Shown piece after piece: positions 1 to 8,336 of a DNA stretch of 42,252 bases; position 1 is the first letter of the stretch, and each line of letters opens with the position of its first letter. This DNA comes from Bacteroidales bacterium (lineage in GTDB: Bacteria; Bacteroidota; Bacteroidia; Bacteroidales; UBA7960), in NCBI GenBank assembly GCA_007129355.1, contig SKVR01000061.1:1-42252 (forward strand), written 5' to 3'. The position numbers and the translations under genes are program-made. The notes below the pieces were generated by a model, which was given only the letters and a program-made list of their open reading frames with translations, had not been told where the DNA came from and did not search any database.

Positions 1-15
1 AAACAGATTATTAAA

Positions 16-90
16 ATGATACAGTTGGCTTTCTTTTTTGGATATTATTTTTTTTATTTCTACCCGCTGGGGAAGAGACCGAAACTATAG
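16..90 (+). CDS. Phe/Tyr-rich attenuator leader peptide, MIQLAFFFGYYFFYFYPLGKRPKL (24 aa)
   Basis: Translated by hand from ATG 16-18 to TAG 88-90. Codons 6-16 contain 6 Phe and 4 Tyr out of 11. It lies directly upstream of a terminator and an aromatic biosynthesis operon. Confidence 0.88.
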   Translation: MIQLAFFFGYYFFYFYPLGKRPKL

Positions 91-152
91 TATCTTTTAA
101 AAAGAAAAGATGTAAAAATAGAAGGTCTCTGCATGCAGGGGCCTTTTTTTTT
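57..152 (+). promoter_or_regulatory. Transcription attenuator with alternative antiterminator and terminator hairpins
   Basis: AGAGACC (74-80) is the exact complement of GGTCTCT (124-130), the 5' arm of the terminator. Nested pairings are CTAT 85-88/ATAG 118-121 and ATCTTTT 92-98/AAAAGAT 105-111. A weak 1:2 hairpin (TTTCT..CCC 57-65 with GGG..AGAGA 69-78) is also possible. Confidence 0.8.
122..152 (+). terminator. Intrinsic terminator of the leader
   Basis: Stem AAGGTCTCTG/CAGGGGCCTT with loop CATG, followed by a T run at 144-152, 30 nt before the first structural gene. Confidence 0.88.
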
Positions 153-182
153 ATGCTTAAATCTTAACACAATTGAACGAAA

Positions 183-1364
183 ATGCAAAATCCAGCTCAT
201 AATACAGATTCACCTATAAAAGAATACTTCTTTGTTGGAGCGCAGCGGCAAAAGGATGAACTCATCCGTCAGGGCCGGCGCATAGCCGACCTTTCTATCG
301 GAAATCCCGATATGCCACCCCCTCCCGAAGTGCTTGATGTTTTAAAACATTCTTTATCGCAATCCGCAAATCATGGATACCAGTCCAATGCCGGCAGTAT
401 TGTATTAAGAAATGCTATTGCATCCTGGTACAACCGGTTTTTTGAAGCGGAAGTGAATCCGGATGGAGAAATTGTTCCATTGCAAGGCTCAAGGCAGGGC
501 ATTTTACAGTTGTCGCAGGCTTTGCTGAAACCCGATGATAAGGTGCTTGTGCCCGATCCGGGTTATCCTTCTTACTCATTTGCTGCAAGGATGATTGGGG
601 CCACACCGGTGCCTTACAGTCTGAATGCGAAAAACGACTTTATTCCTGAATTGGAAGTATTACAGAATTCAAATCTTTCAAAAGTAAAGATCATGTGGGT
701 TAATTACCCCCACATGCCCACAGGTGCAAAGGCTTTGAATGACACCTTCGAGCAGTTGGTGTCGTTTGCCAGCAGCAACAATATCATCATTGTAAATGAC
801 AATGCATATGCATTTGTTCGTAACAATTCCCCCGAAAGTATTTTGTCGGTGGCAGGTGCAAAGGATGTGGCGCTTGAACTGAACTCACTGAGTAAGAATT
901 ATAACATGGCCGGCTGGCGTCTGGGTTTCCTGGCGGGCAGTGCTGCTGTGATTTCCCATTTATCGCAATTGAAGTCGCATCTCGATTCAGGTATCGCCCT
1001 GCCATTGCAACATGCTGCTGCCGCTGCACTTGATCTGGGCTACAAGTGGTTTGCTCCGTTGAATAATGCTTACAACGCAAGGGCGAAATCTGCTCAAAGG
1101 CTGGCACATGCCATGGGTTGCTTGTCTGCCGGTGGAGACGCAGGAATGTTCCTTTGGGTAAAAATGCCTGATATGGGCATGACTTCCTCTGAGTTTGCAC
1201 ATTTGCTTCTTCACGAAGCAGGTGTATTGTTGGCTCCGGGTTCTCTTTTCGGCAGTAATGGTGAAGGACATCTGCGTATTTCACTTTGTGCCCCCGAAGA
1301 GCAATTCGACATCGCCTTAGATAATATCAGAAAATCATCAGTTTTTAACCATAAATACAACTAA
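183..1364 (+). CDS. PLP-dependent aminotransferase class I/II (probable aromatic amino acid/prephenate aminotransferase)
   Basis: Motifs LSIGNPD, NYPHMPTG, DNAY and the PLP-lysine motif SLSKNYNMAGWRLG. First gene of the aro/tyr operon. Confidence 0.88.
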   Translation: MQNPAHNTDSPIKEYFFVGAQRQKDELIRQGRRIADLSIGNPDMPPPPEVLDVLKHSLSQSANHGYQSNAGSIVLRNAIASWYNRFFEAEVNPDGEIVPLQGSRQGILQLSQALLKPDDKVLVPDPGYPSYSFAARMIGATPVPYSLNAKNDFIPELEVLQNSNLSKVKIMWVNYPHMPTGAKALNDTFEQLVSFASSNNIIIVNDNAYAFVRNNSPESILSVAGAKDVALELNSLSKNYNMAGWRLGFLAGSAAVISHLSQLKSHLDSGIALPLQHAAAAALDLGYKWFAPLNNAYNARAKSAQRLAHAMGCLSAGGDAGMFLWVKMPDMGMTSSEFAHLLLHEAGVLLAPGSLFGSNGEGHLRISLCAPEEQFDIALDNIRKSSVFNHKYN

Positions 1365-1365
1365 A

Positions 1366-2265
1366 ATGCACGTAACTATTATAGGAACCGGATTGATGGG
1401 CTGTTCGCTTGGCCTTGCCCTGAAAAAATCAGGACATTATATCACGGGGGTTGACCAAAACGAGACCCATTTGCAGGAAGCCCTGAAACGGGGTGCACTG
1501 GATAAAACGGGAAGGCTGGAAGATGCCATCCGTGAAGCGGATCTGGTAGCGCTTTGTATCCCCGTAAACGCCATAATTTCTGTTTTACCAAAAGTACTTG
1601 ATAACGTACCCCTTCACGCTGCAGTTATGGATATGGGAAGCACCAAGCTCGACATCTGTAATCTGGCCGACAAACATCCGCGCAGAGAGAGTTTTGTAGC
1701 GGTTCATCCTATGGCCGGCGTGGAGCATTCGGGGCCTATGGCCGCACATATTGACATGTTTTTGCATGCACGTGTACTGATATGCAACCCGCAGAATTCT
1801 TCTTCCGATGCACTGAATAAGGTGCTGGGCATACTTCAGGAAATGAAAATGAAAGCTATTTTCATGGATGCACATGACCACGACCGCCAACTGGCGCTGG
1901 TTTCGCATCTTCCGCAATTTATGGCCTATGCATTGTCTTCCATGGAAGAGCTTGACCGGGATACCCATAGAAACTGGACAGAATTGGGTGGGGGCGGACT
2001 ACAGTCATCCATCCGCCTGGGCAAAAGTGATGCAAATATGTGGATGCCCGTTTTTCATCAGAACAAAGAAAATCTCCTGCAATTCCTTAATAGCTATATG
2101 CATCAATTGCTGGAAATGAAAAGAATGATTGAAAATAATCAAGATGATGATCTTAATAAACTCATTAAAAAAGCCAATGCCAACTATGAAAAACTCAATT
2201 ATCGTAATAACAAACCCCGTCCAATGGTTCCAAACCAGGGCGCCCCAAAAGTATTTTACTCATAA
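1366..2265 (+). CDS. tyrA: Prephenate (or arogenate) dehydrogenase
   Basis: Rossmann GTGLMG, DMGSTK, HPMAGVEHSG and HDRQLALVSHLP are TyrA signatures. No ACT domain. Confidence 0.92.
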   Translation: MHVTIIGTGLMGCSLGLALKKSGHYITGVDQNETHLQEALKRGALDKTGRLEDAIREADLVALCIPVNAIISVLPKVLDNVPLHAAVMDMGSTKLDICNLADKHPRRESFVAVHPMAGVEHSGPMAAHIDMFLHARVLICNPQNSSSDALNKVLGILQEMKMKAIFMDAHDHDRQLALVSHLPQFMAYALSSMEELDRDTHRNWTELGGGGLQSSIRLGKSDANMWMPVFHQNKENLLQFLNSYMHQLLEMKRMIENNQDDDLNKLIKKANANYEKLNYRNNKPRPMVPNQGAPKVFYS

Positions 2266-2284
2266 ATCACTAAACAATAATCAC

Positions 2285-2326
2285 TTAACCTTAATCTCAA
2301 CCTTAACCTTAATCTCAACCTTAACC
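2285..2326 (+). repeat. Hexamer tandem array (TYAAYC)x7, an 18-bp unit TTAACCTTAATCTCAACC repeated about 2.3 times
   Basis: Reads ttaacc ttaatc tcaacc ttaacc ttaatc tcaacc ttaacc, ending 4 nt before the ATG at 2331. Confidence 0.9.
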
Positions 2327-2330
2327 TAAT

Positions 2331-3461
2331 ATGAAAATCTCCGAAACTCAAATCCGAAAATCTTCTGCCGGAGTAAACGGCACCCAAAATCCCATCATAA
2401 TTGCCGGCCCGTGCAGTGCCGAAACTCCTGAACAATTAATGGAAACTGCACAAAGCCTTGCCCGTGACAGCCGCGTTGAATATTTCAGGGCAGGCATATG
2501 GAAGCCCCGTACTTCTCCCGATTCCTTCGAAGGAGTTGGAGTTCCCGGACTGGGATGGCTTCAGGATGTTAGAAAAGAAACAGGACTTAAGATAACCACC
2601 GAAGTAGGCTCTGAAAAACATGTGGAAGAAGCCCTGAAAGCCGGTATTGATATGCTGTGGATTGGTGCCCGCACAGTAAGCAACCCATTTATCATACAGG
2701 AAATTGCTGAAGCATTGCGCGGGGTGGATATTCCTGTGCTGGTAAAAAATCCGTTAAGTCCAGATATTGACCTTTGGGAAGGCGCCATAAAACGGCTTGT
2801 GAAGTCGGGTCTTAAGGATGTAGGTGCCATTCACCGTGGTTTCTTCTGGTGGGGAAAATCACATTTGCGTAACCAACCCTTCTGGCACATTCCCATAGAA
2901 CTCAGAGAGCGAATGCCTGGTCTGCGCATCATTTGCGACCCCAGTCATATTGCCGGCAAACGCAGTTTTATCCCTTTGCTGGCTCAACGGGCACTGGAGA
3001 ATGACTTTGCCGGACTAATGGTGGAAGTGCATCCAAGTCCTGATAACGCATGGAGCGATGCTGCACAGCAACTTACACCCGACTCTTTCTGTGATATGCT
3101 TGACGATTTACTGGGAACAGAAAAAGAGAATACATCGCAGGAGCTCCTGGATGAATTGCGTTCGGAAATCGATGTGATGGATGAAATGCTTTTGTGGGCG
3201 TTGGCAGCGCGCATGGAATTGTCGTCCAAAATTGCAAAGGTTAAAAGAGAAAAGCAAATGGAACCTTTGCAGTCGCAAAGATGGGACCAGGTGATGCTAA
3301 GGGTGAAGGACATGGCCATGAAATCGGGCCTGAAACCGCGATTCGTGGAGAAACTTTATACATCCATCCACCAGGAATCATTGAAACTCCAGAAAACTTT
3401 GATAAGCGATGGCAGTAATAATATAAAAAAAGAACATAACTTTGTGGGAGAGAGACAATGA
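2331..3461 (+). CDS. Bifunctional DAHP synthase (type I-beta) / chorismate mutase (C-terminal AroQ domain)
   Basis: IAGPCSAE, RAGIWKPRT, IGART, VLVKNP, DPSH and GLMVEVHP motifs, then a C-terminal LDELRSEID..D..LL..LA.R chorismate mutase helix. Confidence 0.92.
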   Translation: MKISETQIRKSSAGVNGTQNPIIIAGPCSAETPEQLMETAQSLARDSRVEYFRAGIWKPRTSPDSFEGVGVPGLGWLQDVRKETGLKITTEVGSEKHVEEALKAGIDMLWIGARTVSNPFIIQEIAEALRGVDIPVLVKNPLSPDIDLWEGAIKRLVKSGLKDVGAIHRGFFWWGKSHLRNQPFWHIPIELRERMPGLRIICDPSHIAGKRSFIPLLAQRALENDFAGLMVEVHPSPDNAWSDAAQQLTPDSFCDMLDDLLGTEKENTSQELLDELRSEIDVMDEMLLWALAARMELSSKIAKVKREKQMEPLQSQRWDQVMLRVKDMAMKSGLKPRFVEKLYTSIHQESLKLQKTLISDGSNNIKKEHNFVGERQ

Positions 3462-3468
3462 AGTTTGC

Positions 3469-4494
3469 ATGGATAATATAACGATTCAGGGTAAAAGCGG
3501 AATTTCCCGGATTATGGTAGGAGAATCCCTGCCTGCTCTTTCACGCCATATTCCGGCAACAGGTGTTTTTATCATTACAGATAAAAATGTTGCCGCACAC
3601 TACCATTCAGAATTTCCTGATTTTCCTGTTTATGTTGCTGAGCCCGGAGAAGAATCCAAGGATTTTGCTGTGATGACAAAGATATGGCACTGGCTTTTGG
3701 ACCAGGGTGCCGACCGCAGCAGTTTTATTGTAGGCATCGGTGGGGGAGTGGTTTGCGACCTTGCCGGTTTCGTTGCTTCTACATTTATGCGTGGCATTCC
3801 CTTTGGTTTTGTGGCAACTTCCCTGCTTGCACAGGTCGATGCCAGTGTGGGCGGAAAGAATGGGGTAAACCTGGGCGGCTATAAAAACATCATTGGAACA
3901 TTTACTCAGCCCGAATTTGTCATTTGTGACACATCCATGCTCAAAACGTTGCCCGATGGTGAGTTTCGGAACGGAATGGCAGAAGTAATCAAACATGCAC
4001 TTATCAGGGATGCAGATAAGTTTGATTTTCTGAAAAATCACCGCAATGAAATACTAAACCGTGAGCGTGAAGCCATAAATCATATTGTAAACCGATCCGT
4101 CAATATCAAAGCAGGCATAGTGCAAGCCGATGAACTGGAAAGGGGCGAACGCCGTTTACTCAATTTTGGTCACACCTGGGGCCACGCAGTGGAAAAAGAA
4201 AATAAAATTCCACATGGTCAGGCAGTCAGCATTGGAATGGCCTTTGCCGCAAGCTTGTCAGTGCACCTGGGAAATCTGAAAGAAACAGAACTCAATGACA
4301 TCCATTTGCTTCTTCAGGAATATAAGCTTCCGCTGAATATGGAACTGGACAAAAACCGCGTTTTTGATACCCTGCTGAGAGACAAGAAAAAGGAAAAGGA
4401 CAAGATGAATTTTGTATTGCTTAAAACCATCGGAAAGGCTTTTGTGAAAGAGATGGATACAGATGTAATTAAAGAATTTGCTTTAACCTTCTGA
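3469..4494 (+). CDS. aroB: 3-dehydroquinate synthase
   Basis: GGGVVCDLAGF, TSLLAQVDASVGGKNG, LNFGHTWGHAVE and HGQAV. ATG 3469 is preferred over the overlapping GTG at 3442. Confidence 0.95.
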   Translation: MDNITIQGKSGISRIMVGESLPALSRHIPATGVFIITDKNVAAHYHSEFPDFPVYVAEPGEESKDFAVMTKIWHWLLDQGADRSSFIVGIGGGVVCDLAGFVASTFMRGIPFGFVATSLLAQVDASVGGKNGVNLGGYKNIIGTFTQPEFVICDTSMLKTLPDGEFRNGMAEVIKHALIRDADKFDFLKNHRNEILNREREAINHIVNRSVNIKAGIVQADELERGERRLLNFGHTWGHAVEKENKIPHGQAVSIGMAFAASLSVHLGNLKETELNDIHLLLQEYKLPLNMELDKNRVFDTLLRDKKKEKDKMNFVLLKTIGKAFVKEMDTDVIKEFALTF

Positions 4495-4541
4495 TTTAAA
4501 AAGTAAACGGAATTTATTCATTCAATGCAATAATCATTTAA

Positions 4542-4570
4542 AATCATAATCATCCGCGTCATCCGCGTTC
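4542..4570 (+). repeat. Short intergenic tandem repeat: AATCAT x2 leading into TCATCCGCG x2
   Basis: aatcat aatcatccgcg tcatccgcg ttc between aroB and aroA. Confidence 0.7.
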
Positions 4571-4585
4571 CAATCAAAAAAAGAT

Positions 4586-5833
4586 ATGACAGTAGAAATT
4601 ACCCCATCAGCAGTTCATGGACAGGTTCAGGCACCGGCTTCCAAAAGTGTTGCACAAAGGGCTATTGCCATTGCTTCAATTGCCAGCGGCACATCTGAGA
4701 TTTTTCATGTGGGAAAATCTGATGATGTGCAATCAGCCATAAAGGTTTGCAGGGCATTGGGTGCAGAAGTTGAAGAAAAGGGAGAAAAACTTATCATAAA
4801 AGGGGGTATTCAAACTCCTTCTCTGCCATTAAATTGCGGCGAATCGGGTTTGGGTATTCGCATGTTTTCTGCCATTGCAGCCATCCTGAATGAACCGGTT
4901 ACCCTTACGGGAGAAGGTTCGTTGACAGAACGTCCCATGAAAATGATAGAAGAGTCGCTGCAGGCTGCAGGTGTGCAATGCGAAACGCAAAACGGACTTG
5001 TTCCTGTGGTTGTCAAAGGCCCGTTAAAAGGCGGCAATGTAGAGATTGACGGTTCTGTAAGTTCACAGGTGCTGACGGGTTTACTCATAGCTGCTCCGTA
5101 TGCTCTTTCTCCGGTGACTTTCCGCGTAAGCGAACTGAAAAGCCGGCCCTATGTGGATATAACTACCCGCATGATGCAGGATTTCGGGGTGGTGGCAGAA
5201 AACAAAGATTATGAAGAATTTGTTGTTCCTGCGCCGCAGAAATATATATCAAAGTCTTACAATGTTGAAGGAGACTGGAGTGGTGCTGCATTTTTACTGG
5301 TGGCGGGAGCTATAGCAGGTGAAGTTACGGTTACAAACCTTGATTTTCAATCTGCACAGGCCGATAAAGAAATCCTTACAGCTTTGAAAAACTCCGGTGC
5401 AGAGTTGCTGGTTGAACAGGACCGTGTAAGCGTAAAAAAAGCTCAATTGAAAGCTTTTCGTTTTGATGCTACCCACTGTCCGGATTTGTTTCCGCCCCTG
5501 GTAGTATTGGCAGCAGCGTGTGATGGAATTAGCCAGATTCGGGGCATTTCGCGACTGCGGGTTAAGGAAAGCGACCGCGCCACGGCATTGCAGCAGGAGT
5601 TTGGAAAGCTGGGTCTCTACGTTAGTCTTGAAGGTGACAATATGCTCATCAAAGGCAATTCGCTTAACGGTGGTAAGGTATTTTCGCATAACGACCACCG
5701 CATTGCCATGGCCTGTGCAATAGCCGGACTTACCGCCAGCGAACCCGTTATTATCGAAAAAGCTGAGGCTGTTAATAAATCTTACCCGGGTTTTTTTGAA
5801 GATTTAAGGAGTATAACTGTAAGAAGTTATTAA
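4586..5833 (+). CDS. aroA: 3-phosphoshikimate 1-carboxyvinyltransferase (EPSP synthase)
   Basis: PASKS, CGESG, SSQ, LRVKESDR, HNDHRIAMA and KSYPGF motifs. Confidence 0.96.
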   Translation: MTVEITPSAVHGQVQAPASKSVAQRAIAIASIASGTSEIFHVGKSDDVQSAIKVCRALGAEVEEKGEKLIIKGGIQTPSLPLNCGESGLGIRMFSAIAAILNEPVTLTGEGSLTERPMKMIEESLQAAGVQCETQNGLVPVVVKGPLKGGNVEIDGSVSSQVLTGLLIAAPYALSPVTFRVSELKSRPYVDITTRMMQDFGVVAENKDYEEFVVPAPQKYISKSYNVEGDWSGAAFLLVAGAIAGEVTVTNLDFQSAQADKEILTALKNSGAELLVEQDRVSVKKAQLKAFRFDATHCPDLFPPLVVLAAACDGISQIRGISRLRVKESDRATALQQEFGKLGLYVSLEGDNMLIKGNSLNGGKVFSHNDHRIAMACAIAGLTASEPVIIEKAEAVNKSYPGFFEDLRSITVRSY

Positions 5834-5870
5834 TGAGAAAATAAGGAATTAAGAAAGTAAGTAAAACTAA

Positions 5871-5892
5871 TTCGACCCCGGCCGGGGGCAAA
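5871..5892. repeat. REP-like imperfect palindrome TTCGACCCC-GGCC-GGGGGCAAA
   Basis: GC-rich 22-bp inverted repeat with 2 mismatches in an AT-rich intra-operon spacer. No U tract. Confidence 0.55.
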
Positions 5893-5949
5893 CCCGTTTC
5901 ACTTAACTAAACTCTGCGTCCACAGTGTCTCTATGTCTTAGCAGTAAAG

Positions 5950-5974
5950 AATCAAAAATCAAAAATCAAAAATC
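5950..5974 (+). repeat. Heptamer tandem repeat (AATCAAA)x3 plus AATC
   Basis: Read directly; ends 7 nt before the aroC ATG at 5982. Confidence 0.85.
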
Positions 5975-5981
5975 TCTATCC

Positions 5982-6977
5982 ATGAATTCATTTGGAACCC
6001 TTTTTCGCATCAGTATATTCGGAGAATCACACGGAGCAGCCATCGGAATAACCATCGACGGTTGTCCACCGGGCCTTCCCCTATCAGAAGAAGATTTTAC
6101 CCATGACCTTGAGCGTCGCAAGCCGGGCGCAAAGGGCACCACTCCCCGCAAGGAAGATGACAGCCCGGAAATCGTTTCAGGATTATTTCGCGGACATACC
6201 ACCGGCGCTCCCATGACCATTCTCTTCCGGAATAAAAATGTACGTTCTGCAGATTACGACAACCTGGTGAAAACTCCCCGTCCCGGGCATTCGGATTTTG
6301 TAGCATGGAAACGTTTCGGTGGCTTCAATGACCACCGCGGTGGCGGGCATTTCTCCGGTAGGCTCACCTTGGCTCTTGTGGCAGCAGGCGTTGTAGCAAA
6401 AAAACTTATTGAGCCTGTGGAAATCAATGCCAGACTTATTGCCGCCGGGGGCAATCCGGATATAGAAAAAGCAGTGGAAGAAGCCTTGGCAGTAGGTGAT
6501 TCGGTGGGTGGACTGGTAGAGTGCAAGTCGCAAAATATTCCCCTGGGCTGGGGCGAACCATTTTTTAATTCAGTTGAATCGGTTATCAGCCATCTGGCGT
6601 TTGCTGTGCCTGCCATCAAAGGAATAGAGTTTGGTTCCGGATTTACAGCTGCTACTATGAAAGGAAGCGAGCATAACGACCCCATTCTGGACGAAACCGG
6701 CAAAACTGCCACCAACAATGCCGGTGGAATTACCGGCGGACTTACCAATGGAAACGAGTTAATTTTCCGTGTGGCTGTAAAACCCACATCCAGTATCGGC
6801 ATACAGCAAAAAACCTGGAGTATTGAAACTCAAAAAGTGGAAAACCTGGAAGTAAAAGGCCGCCACGATGCCTGTATCGCTCTTCGTGTACCTGTTGTTA
6901 TTGAAGCTATTACCTCCATTGCCCTCGCCGATATGAAGCTTAATTTTAAAAAGTCCGACCCCATTAATAAAGCTTAA
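5982..6977 (+). CDS. aroC: Chorismate synthase
   Basis: N-terminal MNSFG...FGESHG, PRPGHSD, GGGHFSGR, NNAGGITGG and GRHDAC. ATG 5982 matches the family N-terminus better than GTG 5925. Confidence 0.96.
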   Translation: MNSFGTLFRISIFGESHGAAIGITIDGCPPGLPLSEEDFTHDLERRKPGAKGTTPRKEDDSPEIVSGLFRGHTTGAPMTILFRNKNVRSADYDNLVKTPRPGHSDFVAWKRFGGFNDHRGGGHFSGRLTLALVAAGVVAKKLIEPVEINARLIAAGGNPDIEKAVEEALAVGDSVGGLVECKSQNIPLGWGEPFFNSVESVISHLAFAVPAIKGIEFGSGFTAATMKGSEHNDPILDETGKTATNNAGGITGGLTNGNELIFRVAVKPTSSIGIQQKTWSIETQKVENLEVKGRHDACIALRVPVVIEAITSIALADMKLNFKKSDPINKA

Positions 6978-7018
6978 AATTATATATCTGCATAACAAAA
7001 TATGTTTTGTAATTTTCT

Positions 7019-7048
7019 TTTGAACTTAAAACAAAAGCAGTAATTTTG
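7019..7048 (+). promoter_or_regulatory. Bacteroidota sigma-A type promoter for trxB
   Basis: -7 box TAATTTTG at 7041-7048, with TTTG at 7019-7022 upstream. Confidence 0.6.
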
Positions 7049-7087
7049 CACAAAATTTATAAGAAAAACACATTTTATTAAACAGTT

Positions 7088-8026
7088 ATGAGCGAGAATA
7101 TTGAAAAAATCAAGTGTTTGATCATTGGTTCGGGTCCTGCCGGTTACACAGCAGCTATTTATGCTGCCAGGGCCGATCTGCATCCGGTAATTTACCAGGG
7201 TTTGCAGCCCGGTGGTCAGCTTACAATTACCACTGACGTAGAGAACTATCCGGGTTATCCTGATGGGGTAAAGGGTCCGGAAATGATGGTAGAATTTCAG
7301 AAGCAGGCCGAAAGATTCGGTACAGATGTGCGCTGGGGTTTGGCAACGGCGGTTGATTTGAGTAAGAGACCCTTCAAAGTAACCATTGATGAAAAGAATG
7401 AAGTTTTGGCAGAAACCCTTATCATTGCCACCGGAGCTACGGCCAAATGGCTAGGTATGGAATCTGAAAAGAAATTCAACGGGTTTGGTGTTTCGGCTTG
7501 TGCCACCTGCGACGGATTTTTTTATAAAGGACAAACGGTTGCCGTAGTGGGTGGTGGTGACACTGCCTGCGAAGAAGCTTCATACCTTTCCAAACTTTGC
7601 AAAAAAGTATACCTTATTCACCGCCGCGATGAACTGCGTGCTTCAAAAGCCATGCAGCACAGGGTAATGAAAGCCGAAAATATTGAAATCGTCTGGAATC
7701 ATGTTCCCAAAGAGATCGTGGGCGATAAAACGGTAAACGGTGTAATTCTTGAGAATACTCAAACCGGCGAAGAAAAGCGCCTTGATATAGAAGGATTTTT
7801 TGTGGCAATAGGTCACAAACCCAATTCCGATATTTTCAAAGGACAACTGAAGATGGATGAAAACAGCTACCTGATCACCAGGCCTGATTCTACTGCTACT
7901 GAAGTACCCGGCGTTTTTGCCTGTGGTGATGTACAGGATCATGTGTACCGTCAGGCAGTTACCGCAGCCGGTACAGGCTGTATGGCCGCCATAGAAGCTG
8001 AAAGGTTTTTATCAGACCAGGAGTAA
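7088..8026 (+). CDS. trxB: Thioredoxin-disulfide reductase
   Basis: GSGPAG, PGGQL, active site [18 protein letters not shown] and GVFACGDV. Confidence 0.97.
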   Translation: MSENIEKIKCLIIGSGPAGYTAAIYAARADLHPVIYQGLQPGGQLTITTDVENYPGYPDGVKGPEMMVEFQKQAERFGTDVRWGLATAVDLSKRPFKVTIDEKNEVLAETLIIATGATAKWLGMESEKKFNGFGVSACATCDGFFYKGQTVAVVGGGDTACEEASYLSKLCKKVYLIHRRDELRASKAMQHRVMKAENIEIVWNHVPKEIVGDKTVNGVILENTQTGEEKRLDIEGFFVAIGHKPNSDIFKGQLKMDENSYLITRPDSTATEVPGVFACGDVQDHVYRQAVTAAGTGCMAAIEAERFLSDQE

Positions 8027-8046
8027 TTTTATGACACTCAACTTAG

Positions 8047-8083
8047 AAGGGCTGTTTCAGAAATAGAATGCAGCCCTTTTTTT
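8047..8083 (+). terminator. Intrinsic terminator after trxB
   Basis: Stem AAGGGCTG (8047-8054)/CAGCCCTT (8071-8078) followed by a T run. Confidence 0.8.
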
Positions 8084-8336
8084 ATTTGATTTTTCTTCTG
8101 ATTTGGTTAATCAGGACAATCAAGCTTTAAATCATTTTTTCTAGATCCCTAATAATAAATGCTGTAAAACTTGAAAAAAAACAACCCGATTTGAAAAAAA
8201 AATCTGATATTTGAAATGTATGCCCAAAAATGAGTCTTTGCTGAATAAATCTTGAATATTCTCGACAAGAAGAATTTTGAATCTTAAGCCTTTTTTAAGG
8301 AAAACTACAGTTAAAAATAGAAATACTACCAACTGA

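Noticed and set aside
2285-2326. Possible CRISPR or telomere-like array
   Set aside because: The units are contiguous 6-mers with no spacers and no cas genes are present. The resemblance to telomeric hexamers is only compositional.
2129-2329. 66-aa ORF ending in LTLISTLTLISTLT
   Set aside because: It overlaps tyrA out of frame, and the peptide repeat is only the translation of the hexamer DNA array.
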